Program-made: the position numbers and the translations under genes | The notes under the pieces: generated by a model | Told to the model about the DNA's origin: nothing | What the model saw: the letters and a program-made list of their open reading frames with translations, nothing else | The model's database searches: none | Assembly (NCBI GenBank): GCA_021613535.1 | Contig: CP075492.1 | Coordinates: forward strand, 17,174,001-17,238,000 | Direction: 5' to 3' | From: Adineta vaga | Taxonomy: Eukaryota; Animalia; Rotifera | DNA length: 64,000 nt | In this document: positions 24,003 through 36,380 of the stretch, piece after piece | Numbering within the stretch: position 1 is the stretch's first letter | How the letters are laid out: each line of letters begins with the position of its first letter

Positions 24003-24549
24003 TATTAGTAAAATTTATTTAATTTTTTATCTTCAAAATAAATCTTGACAGATATTATTTACTAAACATTTTTCTTTCTCTTCATTGTTTGTGTTCGTAT
24101 TCAAAGGTTTTTGTCTAAAAAACTAAAGATAATCTTTATGTGTGGACACGAACAGAGAGAAGTAAATCGACTTTTCTTAAAAGTATTTTCTCTCTCTTTA
24201 AATATAACAACACATAGTGCAAGTATGATGATCGACGCTCTCTTTTGCCCCGCAGACTACATTTGCTCGCTTGAAATATAGGCATTTATCTCATCGATCA
24301 AGAACTTGTCCAGTGCTGCTTTATTCGACAATGCAAAGCCGCAAACGTCGTTCAATTAAGTTGGATACTAATAAATCCATTTAGAATTGTTATATTATTG
24401 ATATTAATCAGAGAGCGGTGGACGACGCTGTTAACAACTTTTATAATTTTACAGGATGGAAGATCCGTTATAGTAAATAGTACAAATAAAATATCGTTTC
24501 TCTGAAAAATATATGGCAAGATAAAAAGAATCATTTAGTTGACTTGCCG

Positions 24550-24602
24550 TTGAGGGTGTGGATGTAATATTAAGAGATAAATAATACATACTCACACCCC
24601 AA
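24550..24602. repeat. Intergenic palindrome P11
   Basis: TTGAGGGTGTGGATGTA...TACATACTCACACCCCAA. Confidence 0.88.
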
Positions 24603-24829
24603 ATTAATAAAACTTTCATCTGATTCTGAATAAATCAATCACAAAAACGTCTTTCTGTAGGAAACAAGGCAAACATTGTTATTCAATAGCTAACAAAAGT
24701 CATGTCCATTTAATGTAATGATCAAAACATTGATTAAATCATTTTGAACAAGCGTTTTCATGTTTGCTTTCCTATTAGTTCCTTTCCATTTGATTATGTT
24801 AATAAACTAATTTCTATATAATCAATTCA

Positions 24830-25277
24830 GTAATGTTATCTCTATATTTGAAATTTTACCACACATGTCTTTCTTACTTTCATAAACTATTCTATTCTAC
24901 GTCCTATCCATCCACCATAGAAGTTTCATTTGTCAAACTTCGAAAATACCAAGTAGTTTTGTTGTTTTCTTTTAGTCTAGTTTTTCTTTCAACCATTTCA
25001 GTCCAACATCATGTTTTTTTTTAATTTGAGATAGTTCTCTAAGTGATAATATTCGATTAAATAAACTCAATGAATAACCTATTGTTAATAATAAAGTTTG
25101 ATTCGTTTTGTAGTTAAGCCGTACATATCTTTTCAAAAATTTTATATCAAATGTTTTATAGGCGAGTTCGAATAGATACATTGTTTTATTCATTTTATCA
25201 TTATTTCCATCTGGAAATGGTTTCCACCAGGAGAACATATGATGTAAAGATACTAATCCATCTATACCACTCTCGAG
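24830..25277 (-). pseudogene. 5'-truncated fringe-like (DUF604/GT31-type) glycosyltransferase fragment
   Basis: LESGIDGLVSLHHMFSWWKPFP...FLKRYV...LLTIGYSLSLFNRIL..ELSQI resembles the C-terminal LVSLHH region of DUF604 proteins; later frameshifts and stops. Confidence 0.55.
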
Positions 25278-25340
25278 GGTGTGGGTGTGGGTGTTTATGC
25301 GTGCAAGTCAGTGTCGCTATCCATCCACAGCCTCTCTTAA
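25272..25340. repeat. Intergenic palindrome P12
   Basis: CTCGAGGGTGTGGGTGTGGGTG-TTTATGCGTGCAAGTCAGTGTCGCT-ATCCATCCACAGCCTCTCTTAA. Confidence 0.88.
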
Positions 25341-25411
25341 TTTCGTTTGTTTTTCTCATAAAACTTTCATTTTATTGATTTGAATCAAAGTAAATGAAAA
25401 AGTATAGATTT

Positions 25412-25984
25412 TCAAATAGAAATTAATGAAAACTTTTGAATTTGATGATTCCAGCCATTAATACCATAAAGATTTCCTTCGAAATCAAATGATAAACTAT
25501 AAGGATTAGACATTTGATTTGATTCGTCTCCTTGACCATTTCCACCAACAACAATTTCACCTTCTTTCTTTCCATCACTCCAACGCATTATTCGATGATT
25601 TCTGAAATCTGCTACATAGAGTTGATCATCATCATCAACAAGCAATCCTTGAGGATAATACAGTTGATTAAGTTGATCTCCCAGACCATTTCATCACTCG
25701 ATTATTGTACATATCTGATACATAAACAGATTGATTTTCATCAACAAAGAGAAAATTAGGTCCATTGAATAGATTAAGTTTATTTCCTTGTCCATTTCTA
25801 CCTGCAATGATTTCTCCTTGTGTTTTATTAAATTTCCATTTAACAATACGATGATTCCAATAATCAGCAATATAAATATTCCGTTAGGACCATTGAGTTG
25901 ATTTAATTCACTTCCTATTCTATTTCCTCCTGCAACAGTCTCTGAATGTTGTTTCCATTGATTAAATTTTGTTTCTAATAACAA
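25412..25984 (-). pseudogene. NHL-repeat beta-propeller pseudogene/fragment
   Basis: TVAGGNRIGSELNQLNGPNGIF, LYVADFRNHRIMRW, IVVGGNGQGDESNQMSNP; frameshifts. Confidence 0.8.
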
Positions 25985-27410
25985 AGTAAAGACGAAAATT
26001 ACTTTTCTTTTTCCTTTTATTTCTTAATAAACACATGATGAGAAATGATTTTAATTCATTCCTATCAAGTAAAATCTTCCATTTCTGGATTGTTCTTAGT
26101 TTAAAGCAAGACTATGATGAACTTACTTGTCGTTGTAGTATTTTTCACTATTCATAAATAAAAATCATTTAGATTTTTCGCTATGAAAGTATAGTTTATA
26201 CTTTTTTTCTCCTCATTATTGTTCATTTACTAACAATACCTTATTTCAAGTCAGGTGATATATTGTTTACTTACTAGTTGTTATTGGCGGACAAATATTT
26301 TCATTTATCATCGACATCGGATAACAAACTGGATTCTCACTCGAGGATGATGAACACATACATGATTTGAATCAGAACAATTTTGCGAACAGAACTGCCG
26401 AAGAGATGCACAAACACCAACATTATGAGTATCGTGCATAGCGAAAGACATGCACAATCAGTATTATACTCGAGCATCGAGTATATGGAATTATGCTGTT
26501 ACATGTTTGAGAGTTTACTTGAACTATTCGATACAATTATATTACCGATAAACACATAATATAAAATAGTAAACAAACCTATCAAAATAAGTTAGAATAT
26601 ATTTAGTTTAAGACAAATTTAAAAGAAAAAAGCAAGATATGAAATACCTTAAAAGAACAAAAATGAAATAAACCATTATCGATTGTTTTATCATTGTAAA
26701 CTGAATTCTAATAAAATAATATTTTTAGAAAATGACACTATCATTCTTTGTAATATATAGTCATCATTAAGTCATATTTGAAGATTAGAAGGTAAGATAT
26801 ATAATCCTTGGATACTAAGAAAAAAAGTGATTTTGTTTTTCGTAATGTAATATGCTTCGTCATATCAAACGAACGTGATGGGAGAAAATAAATAAACAAA
26901 CAAAACTAAGACCAAAGATTAAATAAGTTTTCTGTTTGTACATTTCTATTTCTTAATATTCGTTGACTTATTTCAGCTGGATCGTATACACTTTCAAATT
27001 TCTATAGACGAATTCATGATCTCTAATCAGAAGTTATCAGCTTCGGCAGTGCGACTTTTAGATAACAGCATACTTATAATAATATTGACACTATTTTGTA
27101 ATTGTACACTAATTTCATATAAACAATAAACCAGAAATTAAGAAGAAAACCGATTATTTATTCGAAAAACATTTCTTTCATCATCGACGACATCTACTGA
27201 ATACAATAACATTACAATACGTTTAATAATTTCACTGTGATATTTATTATGAAGGCATTACTCTCGGACGTCTTCGTCTAAACTAACGTCGAGGATCAGA
27301 AAATTTTGAATTTTCTCTTTTAATTTAGGCACAGCATGAAGACAAACGAATGGAAACAACATAATAATATGATTAGTAAAATAATTTATCAATCTATGTG
27401 CAACTGCACC

Positions 27411-27459
27411 TTGAGGATGTGAGTGTGCGTCATGCTATGGTCTTCACCCACACCCTCAA
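27411..27459. repeat. Intergenic palindrome P13
   Basis: TTGAGGATGTGAGTG-TGCGTCATGCTATGGTCTT-CACCCACACCCTCAA. Confidence 0.92.
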
Positions 27460-27899
27460 TTGTTTGCTAATTCGATTACTTTTGTTCTTATTTTCTTTAT
27501 AATAAATATTGGTCTTCGTGATCAAGATAGCGAGTATATGTGGCGGGTAGAATAGGGAAGGGTGTGCCTTTTCATCAAACTCAACCACATCCGTCTTTAC
27601 CCAAACACAACTTCTGCAAAACAGTTGATTTCCTGCGAGCTTTGACAATATTGAAAACATTTTAGCTTCTATTCAAAATAAATTTTTTTCTCACGATAGT
27701 CTCACCAATTCTAAATATTTTTCGACGTACTGGATACACTTTTTTCGCGCACAACATCATCTTTATAGCCACCTATCATCGAACGACCTGTCAACGAAAA
27801 TTGAATTCTTATGCATAGTAAGATGGAAATAAAATCTCTAGGAGTTACAAAATACTGCGTGAGATTGTTTGCTCTTTGTATTAGAGACCTGCCTAGATG

Positions 27900-27953
27900 T
27901 TAGGGTGTGGGTGTGAGTATTCTTTTATTCATTATCTGCACTCACATCCTCAA
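27900..27953. repeat. Intergenic palindrome P14
   Basis: TTAGGGTGTGGGTGTGAG...GCACTCACATCCTCAA. Confidence 0.9.
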
Positions 27954-28403
27954 AGTACTTTGCTTGAATTGTACCAGCAAAGTATAATAAGAATACATAG
28001 TTTGTTCAATTTTTAGCAAAGACGTAGAATCATTATTAAACATGCATAATGTGTAAGTTACTGTTTTTTCAGCGGTCTTTGTAATATCATTAACTACATT
28101 TTTTGTAGTTCAACTCTTTAATAACATTTTTCGTGATTTGTCCTATTTTTTCCTAAAGACTTCGTCGTATCTTTTAACCAATGAATTGACAGCATTATAA
28201 AAGTGTTGGATTCGGTGATTTTGTCAATGCATGTAAATGTTGCGATGTGAAACCTACAATAATTCATTGTAAAGAAGGAAAGAAAAAAAAGAATCGTATG
28301 ATTAAAATACATTGATTTTGAATAACAAAAAGAAAAGTATTCACGTTTTAACGCATTTTTTCTATTTTCATATTTTAACCATTTAACGTATAAGAGCAAA
28401 TTC

Positions 28404-29909
28404 ATGCGTTTACTTTCGTTAGTAATAATTATCTGTTCAGTAATAGATAATCATGCTGAAAAAAACATTCTTGGTCATGTAGTAGTGATAACATCTCCTT
28501 TATTCGGTCATATGATTCCATTATTAGATTTTGCTAAACTCTTATCAGAATATCATTATGTTACTTATATTGTATCTGCATCGAAACTTGGTATCCTTAA
28601 ACAATATGTATTTACTAACAAAACTGAAACTAACATAACGATACAATCAAGAGTAGAATTTATCGGTTTAATCGATGGTATTAATGATGATTATGAAGTG
28701 AGCTGTATTAATTTAATGACAGACTATAATCATGTGTAACAAAGGTTACTAATAAAGGTACAAGTATTCCAATTCAAGCAATACCTCGTCAAATGTACGA
28801 ACCTCTTTTACGATTACTCTTTCCAAAAACGACTACAATGTCCTTAGCAACTCATTCAATTACTCGATCTATTGATTTGATCATTACTGATCTATTTGTT
28901 ATGCTACCTGTTTGGGAGGGTTTCAAAAGAAATATTCCAACTTACCTTTTCATTCCTAATACTCTATCATCTTTTATACGTTATATTAACATAATAATGA
29001 ACAAAATTAAAAATGGTAAACTAGAGTCAAATTTTGATCGTCGTATAACCGATACAATTTCTCTTACTAAAGGACTTATTTGCAATTCGATTTTTGAACT
29101 TGATGAAAAGTATTTGAAAGAATTACGTCGACAATCATTATTTGGTTCAAACGTACCCATTCTTTTCGTCGCACCATTAATATCAGAAAATCTGACTGAC
29201 AATCGACAGACATAAGAAGAATGTCTAATTTCGATCATAAACTATATCCCGTACTTTATTTTAGAGTGATCTTATTATTCATATCAAACAATGGTTAGAT
29301 ATACATTGGAAACGAGCAAATAGATCAGCTTGTGTCATCTATGTTGCGTTTGGTTCATGGGTTTCTCTTGAGCATAAACAACTTATCGAAATTACCAATG
29401 CACTTAAACCATATCCATTTATTTGGTCATTAAAAAACAAATCGCAAGCATTTATTTTACCCTTAGGTATTGATACGAAACAACATTTACTTCTCGATTG
29501 GGTTCCACAACGATTTATTCTCTCACATCCTGCTATACGTCTCTTCATATCACACGGTGGTTGGAATAGCTTACTTGAAAGTATGTTGACTGCAAAACCA
29601 ACACTTGTCTGGCCGTTTTTTGCCGATCAAACATTGAATGGATATCGTTTAGAATATGAATTTGGTATGGGTCGATATATACTGAATACTGATCTTGCAA
29701 GTGGTCGAAAAATTGTCACAAGTAATGAACTAACATTGTATCTGAAACAAATGTTCGTTCGAGAAGTAGAATACTTTCAGAAGGCACAACATATTCAAAA
29801 AATTATTTTCCATGCAAAAGAAAATAGTTCACGATTGTATTTTGAAGAGATTATCAAGACTATCGACGATCAAAAACGTAAAAACATAAAAAAACATCAT
29901 GAACTATAA
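28404..29909 (+). CDS. UDP-glycosyltransferase (GT1), 2 introns
   Basis: PLFGHMIPLL, VIYVAFGS, PSPG box WVPQRFILSHPAIRLFISHGGWNSLLESMLTAKPTLVWPFFADQ; second intron donor unclear. Confidence 0.88.
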
Positions 29910-29914
29910 TATGA

Positions 29915-29980
29915 TCGAGCGTGATAAGTGTGTGTATGTTAGATAGATGTAGTACCCACACCCTACTCCTATCCACTCGA
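29915..29980. repeat. Intergenic palindrome P15
   Basis: TCGAGCGTGATAAGTGTGTGTATG-TTAGATAGATGTAG-TACCCACACCCTACTCCTATCCACTCGA. Confidence 0.7.
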
Positions 29981-30168
29981 ACATCACGTCATTAATCCTA
30001 CTGATATAATTTTGTGATTAAACCATGGAAATTTTACAGTATATCATGAATCATATCGCAATTCTATGTTGTGGGCTTTATTCTTCCCTTTTGAGAAGGT
30101 GTTCTCTTATAAAAGAAGATGTTTCTTTTATAGAATTCTTACATATCACACTTTAAACGTATAGAATA

Positions 30169-30765
30169 ATGTTGCGTCTTACATCAAATGAATCTGCACA
30201 ACAAGAAAGATACGTCGCATTAAAATCGATTTCTGTTGCTTTGTGAATATTCGTTGTTTCGTAATGATGAAACACAACTAATTGATGATCGAGAAATTCG
30301 TGCACAATTAAAAGAGAAAATTCAAGTCCAACAAGAATATTCTCAAGCATTACAACAAGGTCACGATGCCTATCTTATGGAACACGATAAAAAAATCACC
30401 CGATATATTTATTCTTAATATTGATGCTTCTTCTTCCTGGAAAAGAATGTCAAAGTCAAATGGAATACTTCATTGAAAATTCAATCAGTTCCTATAGCAT
30501 AGTTCCACCTGTATATAGTAATGATCGTCTGTTATTTTATGCTTTTATTGATAGTGAACAATTCGAACATTCAATGACGGTTGAACTCTGAAATCATAAT
30601 GAAACAATTCGATTTGGATCAGCTTTCAACATTGAATCCAACATGTAGGCCATCATTGCAAAAGCACACTTTGTCTGCGATAAAGCAAAAAAACGTTTAA
30701 TAGAATTATTAGGTGATAACATTCAATTTGATCAATTGTTCGATGATATTAATGGACAATTATAA
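30169..30765 (+). pseudogene. Degraded coding fragment, unknown family
   Basis: Protein-like frames (CEYSLFRNDETQLIDDREIRAQLKEKIQVQQEYSQAL) broken by stops and frameshifts. Confidence 0.35.
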
Positions 30766-30898
30766 GTAGCGTTGACATCTTATTATATCCTAGATATAAT
30801 TTCTTCGTTGAATTGAAATGTTTTTTTGTATTTTCAAAATAAAAAACAAAGTTTTCTTTACTTTGTTTGTTTTTCGATATTTTTTAAAAGTTTGTGAA

Positions 30899-31886
30899 TT
30901 ATTTAATGTTTGTAACATGTCCTCGTTGAATTGTTTCAACAAATGTTGTAACACGACTTTGTCTCCATCGATTGAGAAAAATATTTTTTAATTGTGGTGT
31001 TATTAATATCATTTCTATTGTTAATATCGCAATAGATATTTCACTACCTAACCATAAAATTCGATAGTTTAATGAAAAATCAATTCCACTAATAAATCTT
31101 ATTAATGTTAAGATCGTTCCTGGTATAACAAGTGTAAGAAGTAAAGTAACATGAAGAAAAATTCTTCGAATTGCAATTAAATCTCGTTTTTGTTGAATTT
31201 TTACAACAATCGCTTGATTATTCGGCAATTGACGAATAAATAATGCTAAACGAATATAATGTGAAAATAAAATTGAAAGTGGAATTCCATATGTTGTTAA
31301 AATACCATAAATCATTCCACGTGGTTTTGAAAATGTCATATAACAATAATGTTCATTCGGTAAATAATCAATATCTTGCCAAACTAAAATTGGACATAAT
31401 GTGAGAAAAGTTTTAATGAATTGAACAAAAGTTAAAATGAAATAAAACCAAAAATTTCTAAACCATCGACGATTGGGATGCATAATTCGACAAAGACGAA
31501 AAAATGCCTAAAAATAAATGTTAATTTACATTGAAATTTATCTTTAAACTTTGAATTACCTGAATACCAAATACTTGATAAATATCTGAACACAGAACAG
31601 AAATCAGATAACCTCGAAATGTACACCAAGATGAATTAAAATTCATTCCATATAGATCACCTAAGATTGTTTGAATATTAAATGAAATTAATATTAAAAT
31701 ATAAATAAAAATATAAAAATAAATAATTGTAAATAAAAATAAATTAATTCGTTCTTCTCCTTTAATTCGATTTGTATATTGATAATAAAGAAGCATTAGA
31801 AAAACTATGGAAGATACAATAATTGCAAATAAACCATGAATAAACGAGATTAATGTTAAAATAAAACCAATAATTCCAAGTTCCAT
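30899..31886 (-). CDS. Orphan rhodopsin-like GPCR, 1 intron (31508-31559)
   Basis: 7 hydrophobic segments; spliced WCTFRGY...GIQ/AFFRLCRIMHP; YLPNEHYCY. Confidence 0.85.
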
Positions 31887-32473
31887 TGTAAACAAAAATA
31901 TTCAAATAATATCACATCTATAAATATTGCAAATTTTACATAGGAGAAAAAGGATATTCCGTACAAGATGATTTATAATTATAACAATTTGTTTGCAGGA
32001 CAAAGTTCATAGAGAAATTCTGTGGAATCGAGACTTGATTAATCTCAAGAATATATATAATTAGCAGTTACACTTCCTACATTAAATCGCATCATTAGAA
32101 TGAAGCACGAGTCTGACAAGTACTTGTAAATGTATTTTTGACTACACTAAAGAACACGTCGACGTCAATTGAATTTATGAATGAAATGACCTAAGTAAAA
32201 GAAATACAAATTATCGTACATTAGTATTTATCATGTCTATACAACGAATGAAAACGGAATTAAACGATCTCCTATCAACGTTAAACAAGATTATGATTAA
32301 AGAAATACAATATCAAGTACAGAATAAGATTTATAATTCAGCATTATCTACTCTATGGATATACTTAATAACTTAAGAAAGACAAATAATTGCAAAAAGA
32401 ATTATGTAAAATCGAAAAATATCTTCATAGAGCAAATGAGATTCATAACATGGTTGATTAAATTATTGGTCGA

Positions 32474-32541
32474 TGAGGATGTGGGTGTGAGTATAGATGT
32501 AGACGTTAGATAGATATCGTACCCACACTCACACTCATCCA
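32474..32541. repeat. Intergenic palindrome P16
   Basis: TGAGGATGTGGGTGTGAGT-ATAGATGTAGACGTTAGATAGATATCGT-ACCCACACTCACACTCATCCA. Confidence 0.88.
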
Positions 32542-32755
32542 TACATCGCAGCCATTATCATGATTCATCCTCTTCATCACAACTCTTTTCTTCTTTTCTT
32601 CTCTTATCAGTTATATCTATATTATCGACATGGACGTATATGAATAGATCGTTCATTTTCTAAATGTATGACGAACGAAAAAGAAAGGAAAATGAATTAT
32701 ATTCAAATAAATCTAATCCCATGTTTTTTTTATTTGATTTTAGATAAAAATAATA

Positions 32756-34527
32756 ATGATTACACAATTTGAATCATTAGCAAATGAAACTTTATTGAAT
32801 TTATTTGAATTTCTTCGACCATTGGATTTATTTCGTATCTTTTATAATGTTAATATTCGTTTGAATAGTTTAATAATCAATCATTTTCAAAACTATTGTT
32901 TTGATTTTCGTTCATTAGAAAAAAACGATTTTGTTACACTTTGTCATGATTATCTTCCATTGGTTATTCATAAAATCATTTATATTCGTTTCTCTAATGA
33001 TGATGATACACCAAATCAATTCAATGATTTTCTTTCTTATAAAATTAACTTAGATCAATTTAAACAATTACATTATCTTACATTTTATCATATTGAATTT
33101 GATTCAAACAATCAAGAATTTCTTTTCAATAATATTCAGAATCTATTCTGTTTAACACATCTAAAATTTGTTGCTTGTCAAACTGTATCGAATAACAATG
33201 ATGAAGATAATACAGAATCTCGTAGTTTTATTGGTCAAATTTGAAGTCATTCAAAATTAATTTATTGCTATTTGGATATGAATTTATTTCTTCTTCCAAC
33301 AATCGTTTCCTTATCGATACAACATGTTTATATAACAAAAAGATATTTAAAATATGATGAATTAATAATTCTAATGGAAAAAACGCCTAATCTTGAATAT
33401 TTTTCTACATTAGGTCGATTTTCATCTGAAAGGGATAGTTATGATGATATTGATACAACACCACCATTGTCAATGAATTTATCAATGAAAGAATTTAAAT
33501 TAATTGGATTATCTTCACGAAAAATAATGTTAAATACTTTATATCGAATGAGAAATTTAATTTCATTAAATATTCAATCATCTTTTATTTATCTTGATGG
33601 AAATCAATGGAAAACTATTATTGAAAATAATTTACCTAAATTAAAGGAATTTCATTTAACTATGAATTTTAAATTTGAAAATTTAACAAACCAAGAAAAA
33701 CAAGTTGATTTAATACTTAAAACATTTGAAAATTCTTTTTGGATTGATCAACATCAATGGCTTATGGGATGTCTTTGGGATAATTCAAAAGATAGTTCAT
33801 GGATTTGTTTATATTCATTACCATTTTCATTTGCAAACTATTATGATACAAAATCACCAAATAATTATCGAATAAAATCAATAAATTCATCATTAGATAT
33901 GAAATATTCATATAATCATGTTGATTATATTAGTTTATGATCGTTCACTTTTTCAAAATACAATTTTTTCAAATGTTAAATTATCTCATTTAAAATATCT
34001 TGATATTAAATGTCCATTTGATAATCAACTATTTTTAACATGTCCAAAATTTGATTATTTATTTGGATTAAGATTAGATATTTTACACAATTATTCATTA
34101 TCTCAAATACAAATATTACTTGATAAAATACCTCATCTTACGACATTAGAATTTAAATCATGGTCAACAACAGAAGAAATTCCACCTTTTAATTTAACAA
34201 ATAAATCAATTTATTGTCTACATTTGGATGGAATTAATGAAATACGTCATATTCATTGTTTTAATCGTCAACAATCGATTAAATTAAGTAAATCACCATT
34301 AGGTAAACAATGTCAAGTACTTCATATTAATGTTAAATGATCCGTTGGCAATAGTCGAACTTTCATATAAAATGTATAATCTTCGTACATTATATGTCAG
34401 ATATGAACATGATTCACGAAGTCATAAACCTGATCTACTCGATTGGTTACAATGTCGTTTACCATCAAGAATGAATGTAACACGAATATGTTATGGAGAA
34501 TTTATTATTCGATCAAATATTTGTTAA
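32756..34527 (+). pseudogene. F-box-like/LRR protein, disrupted (TGA at 33242, frameshifts near 33935 and 34336)
   Basis: MITQFESLANETLLNLFEFL..DLFRIFYNVNIRLN; LDGNQWKTIIENNLPKLKEF; four consecutive ORFs form one colinear protein. Confidence 0.8.
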
Positions 34528-34627
34528 ATATGTCATTTTTTGTTTCAAATAAAAATTGTTTGGTTTTCATTAGTTATATAGATTACAACAATGAAAGACG
34601 GAACAACAAGAAAAATAGGGTTTATAA

Positions 34628-35620
34628 TTAATCATGTTCTTTTGTTCGTTGTGTTCTGTTCATTGTTATATTCGGTCTTTTATCTCGAAGTATTGTTCTT
34701 TGAAATAATCGTTTTAATTCTGATCGAAATAATTTTGATGTTGAAAGATTGATAATTATAGTAAGAGAAAATTTCGTATATACTAAACAATGTACAGCAT
34801 TGTTAATAAAGAATTCAATTGCCACATGAATAGGTGATTTCACTGCATAATATGTTATTAAACTGTAAAGAAAGAAGGATGGTTGTGGCATAAATAAAAA
34901 AATTAAAATAGCAACTTGATTAATTAATAATTTCATTAATTGAAATTCTTTTCTTGACATTATATGATGTACCTGATGACCTTCATTTGGTCGAATTTGT
35001 CTTCCAATAGATCGAATATTTTTTAATGTTAGCCAACCAAATATAAATAGTAGAATTAAAGGTATAAAAGCAGCACAAATAGCATCTTGAATACGAAGAA
35101 ACCAATCATAAGTATAACTAATTGTTCCACATTGTCCATTTTTAATTGTATAAAACATAAGACAATGACTATATACAACAAGCCATAAAAGAATATTACA
35201 AATAATTATTCGACGAGCTATTTTTTGTGAACTCCATTGACGACGAAGTGCATTACGAGAACTAGCAACATATCGATCAATTGATGCTAAGACTATAAAA
35301 TAATGTGGTACAGCAACAAATGTAAATGTTATATAATATCGAACTCGACATAACCAATCAGATATATTGTATATACTAATATTATAACCAAAATTGAGCA
35401 TTCGTGTTAAATCACCCATATTATATGTTAATAATTCAGATGTACTATATGCAATTAAATACATTGAACATGGACTTTTACGTAAATTTGGTTGAGAAAA
35501 AACAAGAATAATAAGAATTGATCCAATGTTTCCCATAATTAATGTAAAACCCAAAACATATTGTGTAAAAATTTTATTATAAAAATAAATTTCATCGATA
35601 GTTATTTTTGTATTATTCAT
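34628..35620 (-). CDS. Orphan rhodopsin-like GPCR, intronless
   Basis: GNIG..VF..LRKSPCSMYL, LCRVRYY, LASIDRY, STSKLFRSEL. Confidence 0.9.
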   Translation of the reverse strand: MNNTKITIDEIYFYNKIFTQYVLGFTLIMGNIGSILIILVFSQPNLRKSPCSMYLIAYSTSELLTYNMGDLTRMLNFGYNISIYNISDWLCRVRYYITFTFVAVPHYFIVLASIDRYVASSRNALRRQWSSQKIARRIIICNILLWLVVYSHCLMFYTIKNGQCGTISYTYDWFLRIQDAICAAFIPLILLFIFGWLTLKNIRSIGRQIRPNEGHQVHHIMSRKEFQLMKLLINQVAILIFLFMPQPSFFLYSLITYYAVKSPIHVAIEFFINNAVHCLVYTKFSLTIIINLSTSKLFRSELKRLFQRTILRDKRPNITMNRTQRTKEHD

Positions 35621-36018
35621 TATTGACTGATACGACTATTTTTTTTGTTAACGACGGAATTTCTTCTTATATATTAAATTGAAGAATGCATCTCTTATCT
35701 TTACAGATTCCTGACTTTTTTTTAATTATTTCAGCGAACATTCTTTTGTTTTTATGTTCTCGGAAAATTAATCTTTTCTGACAAGGCCAGATTCTTGTTC
35801 TCTTGAAAAAAAACTCTTTTCTGTGCTTCAATTCTAATTAAAATCTTGAATCAATACATTCAAATGTGTCGATTGGTGATGTACCCAAAACGAATGAAAC
35901 TATAGTAAATAGGTTTTTTCAATCCCTTTGAGCATCTAAGTTTTTTTTCTTCATTATCCATACTTTGTTTACATTATCACAAGGATTCATTATAAGATTA
36001 ATATATTTTATGGATAAA

Positions 36019-36105
36019 TGGGTGTGGGTGGTTGTTTATGCGTGCAAGTCAGTGTCTCTATCCACTCGCACTCTCAACCAAATCTACACCCATACCCATC
36101 CTCAA
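36019..36105. repeat. Composite palindrome P17 (one left arm, two right arms)
   Basis: TGGGTGTGGGTGG-TTGTTTATGCGTGCAAGTCAGTGTCTCTAT-CCACTCGCACTCTCAA-CCAAATCT-ACACCCATACCCATCCTCAA. Confidence 0.88.
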
Positions 36106-36380
36106 GCCGTTAACTATCATTTCGATACAATGTGAAAAATATAGATATCAATGAATATTCAACTTTATATAATTAAGATAATTGCTATGTTTCGAAAACT
36201 TTTCTCATAAAAAGAAAAAGTACATTGATTTCTATTCTGATTTATTTTGACTCGTCGCCGAAAAAGTACATTATAAACAACGAACGAAACGATCATGCTA
36301 AAGAGAAAAGAAAAACCTTACATAATTTTGTGTGAGTAAAAAGGCGTTAGTCTTCGTGTACAGAATCGAACAAATTTGAC

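Noticed and set aside
27411-27459. Palindromes as a classical DDE MITE family
   Set aside because: No consistent TSD in the best copies (P2, P3, P13, P23), unrelated interiors, and no split host sequence on both sides. Disfavoured but not fully excluded.
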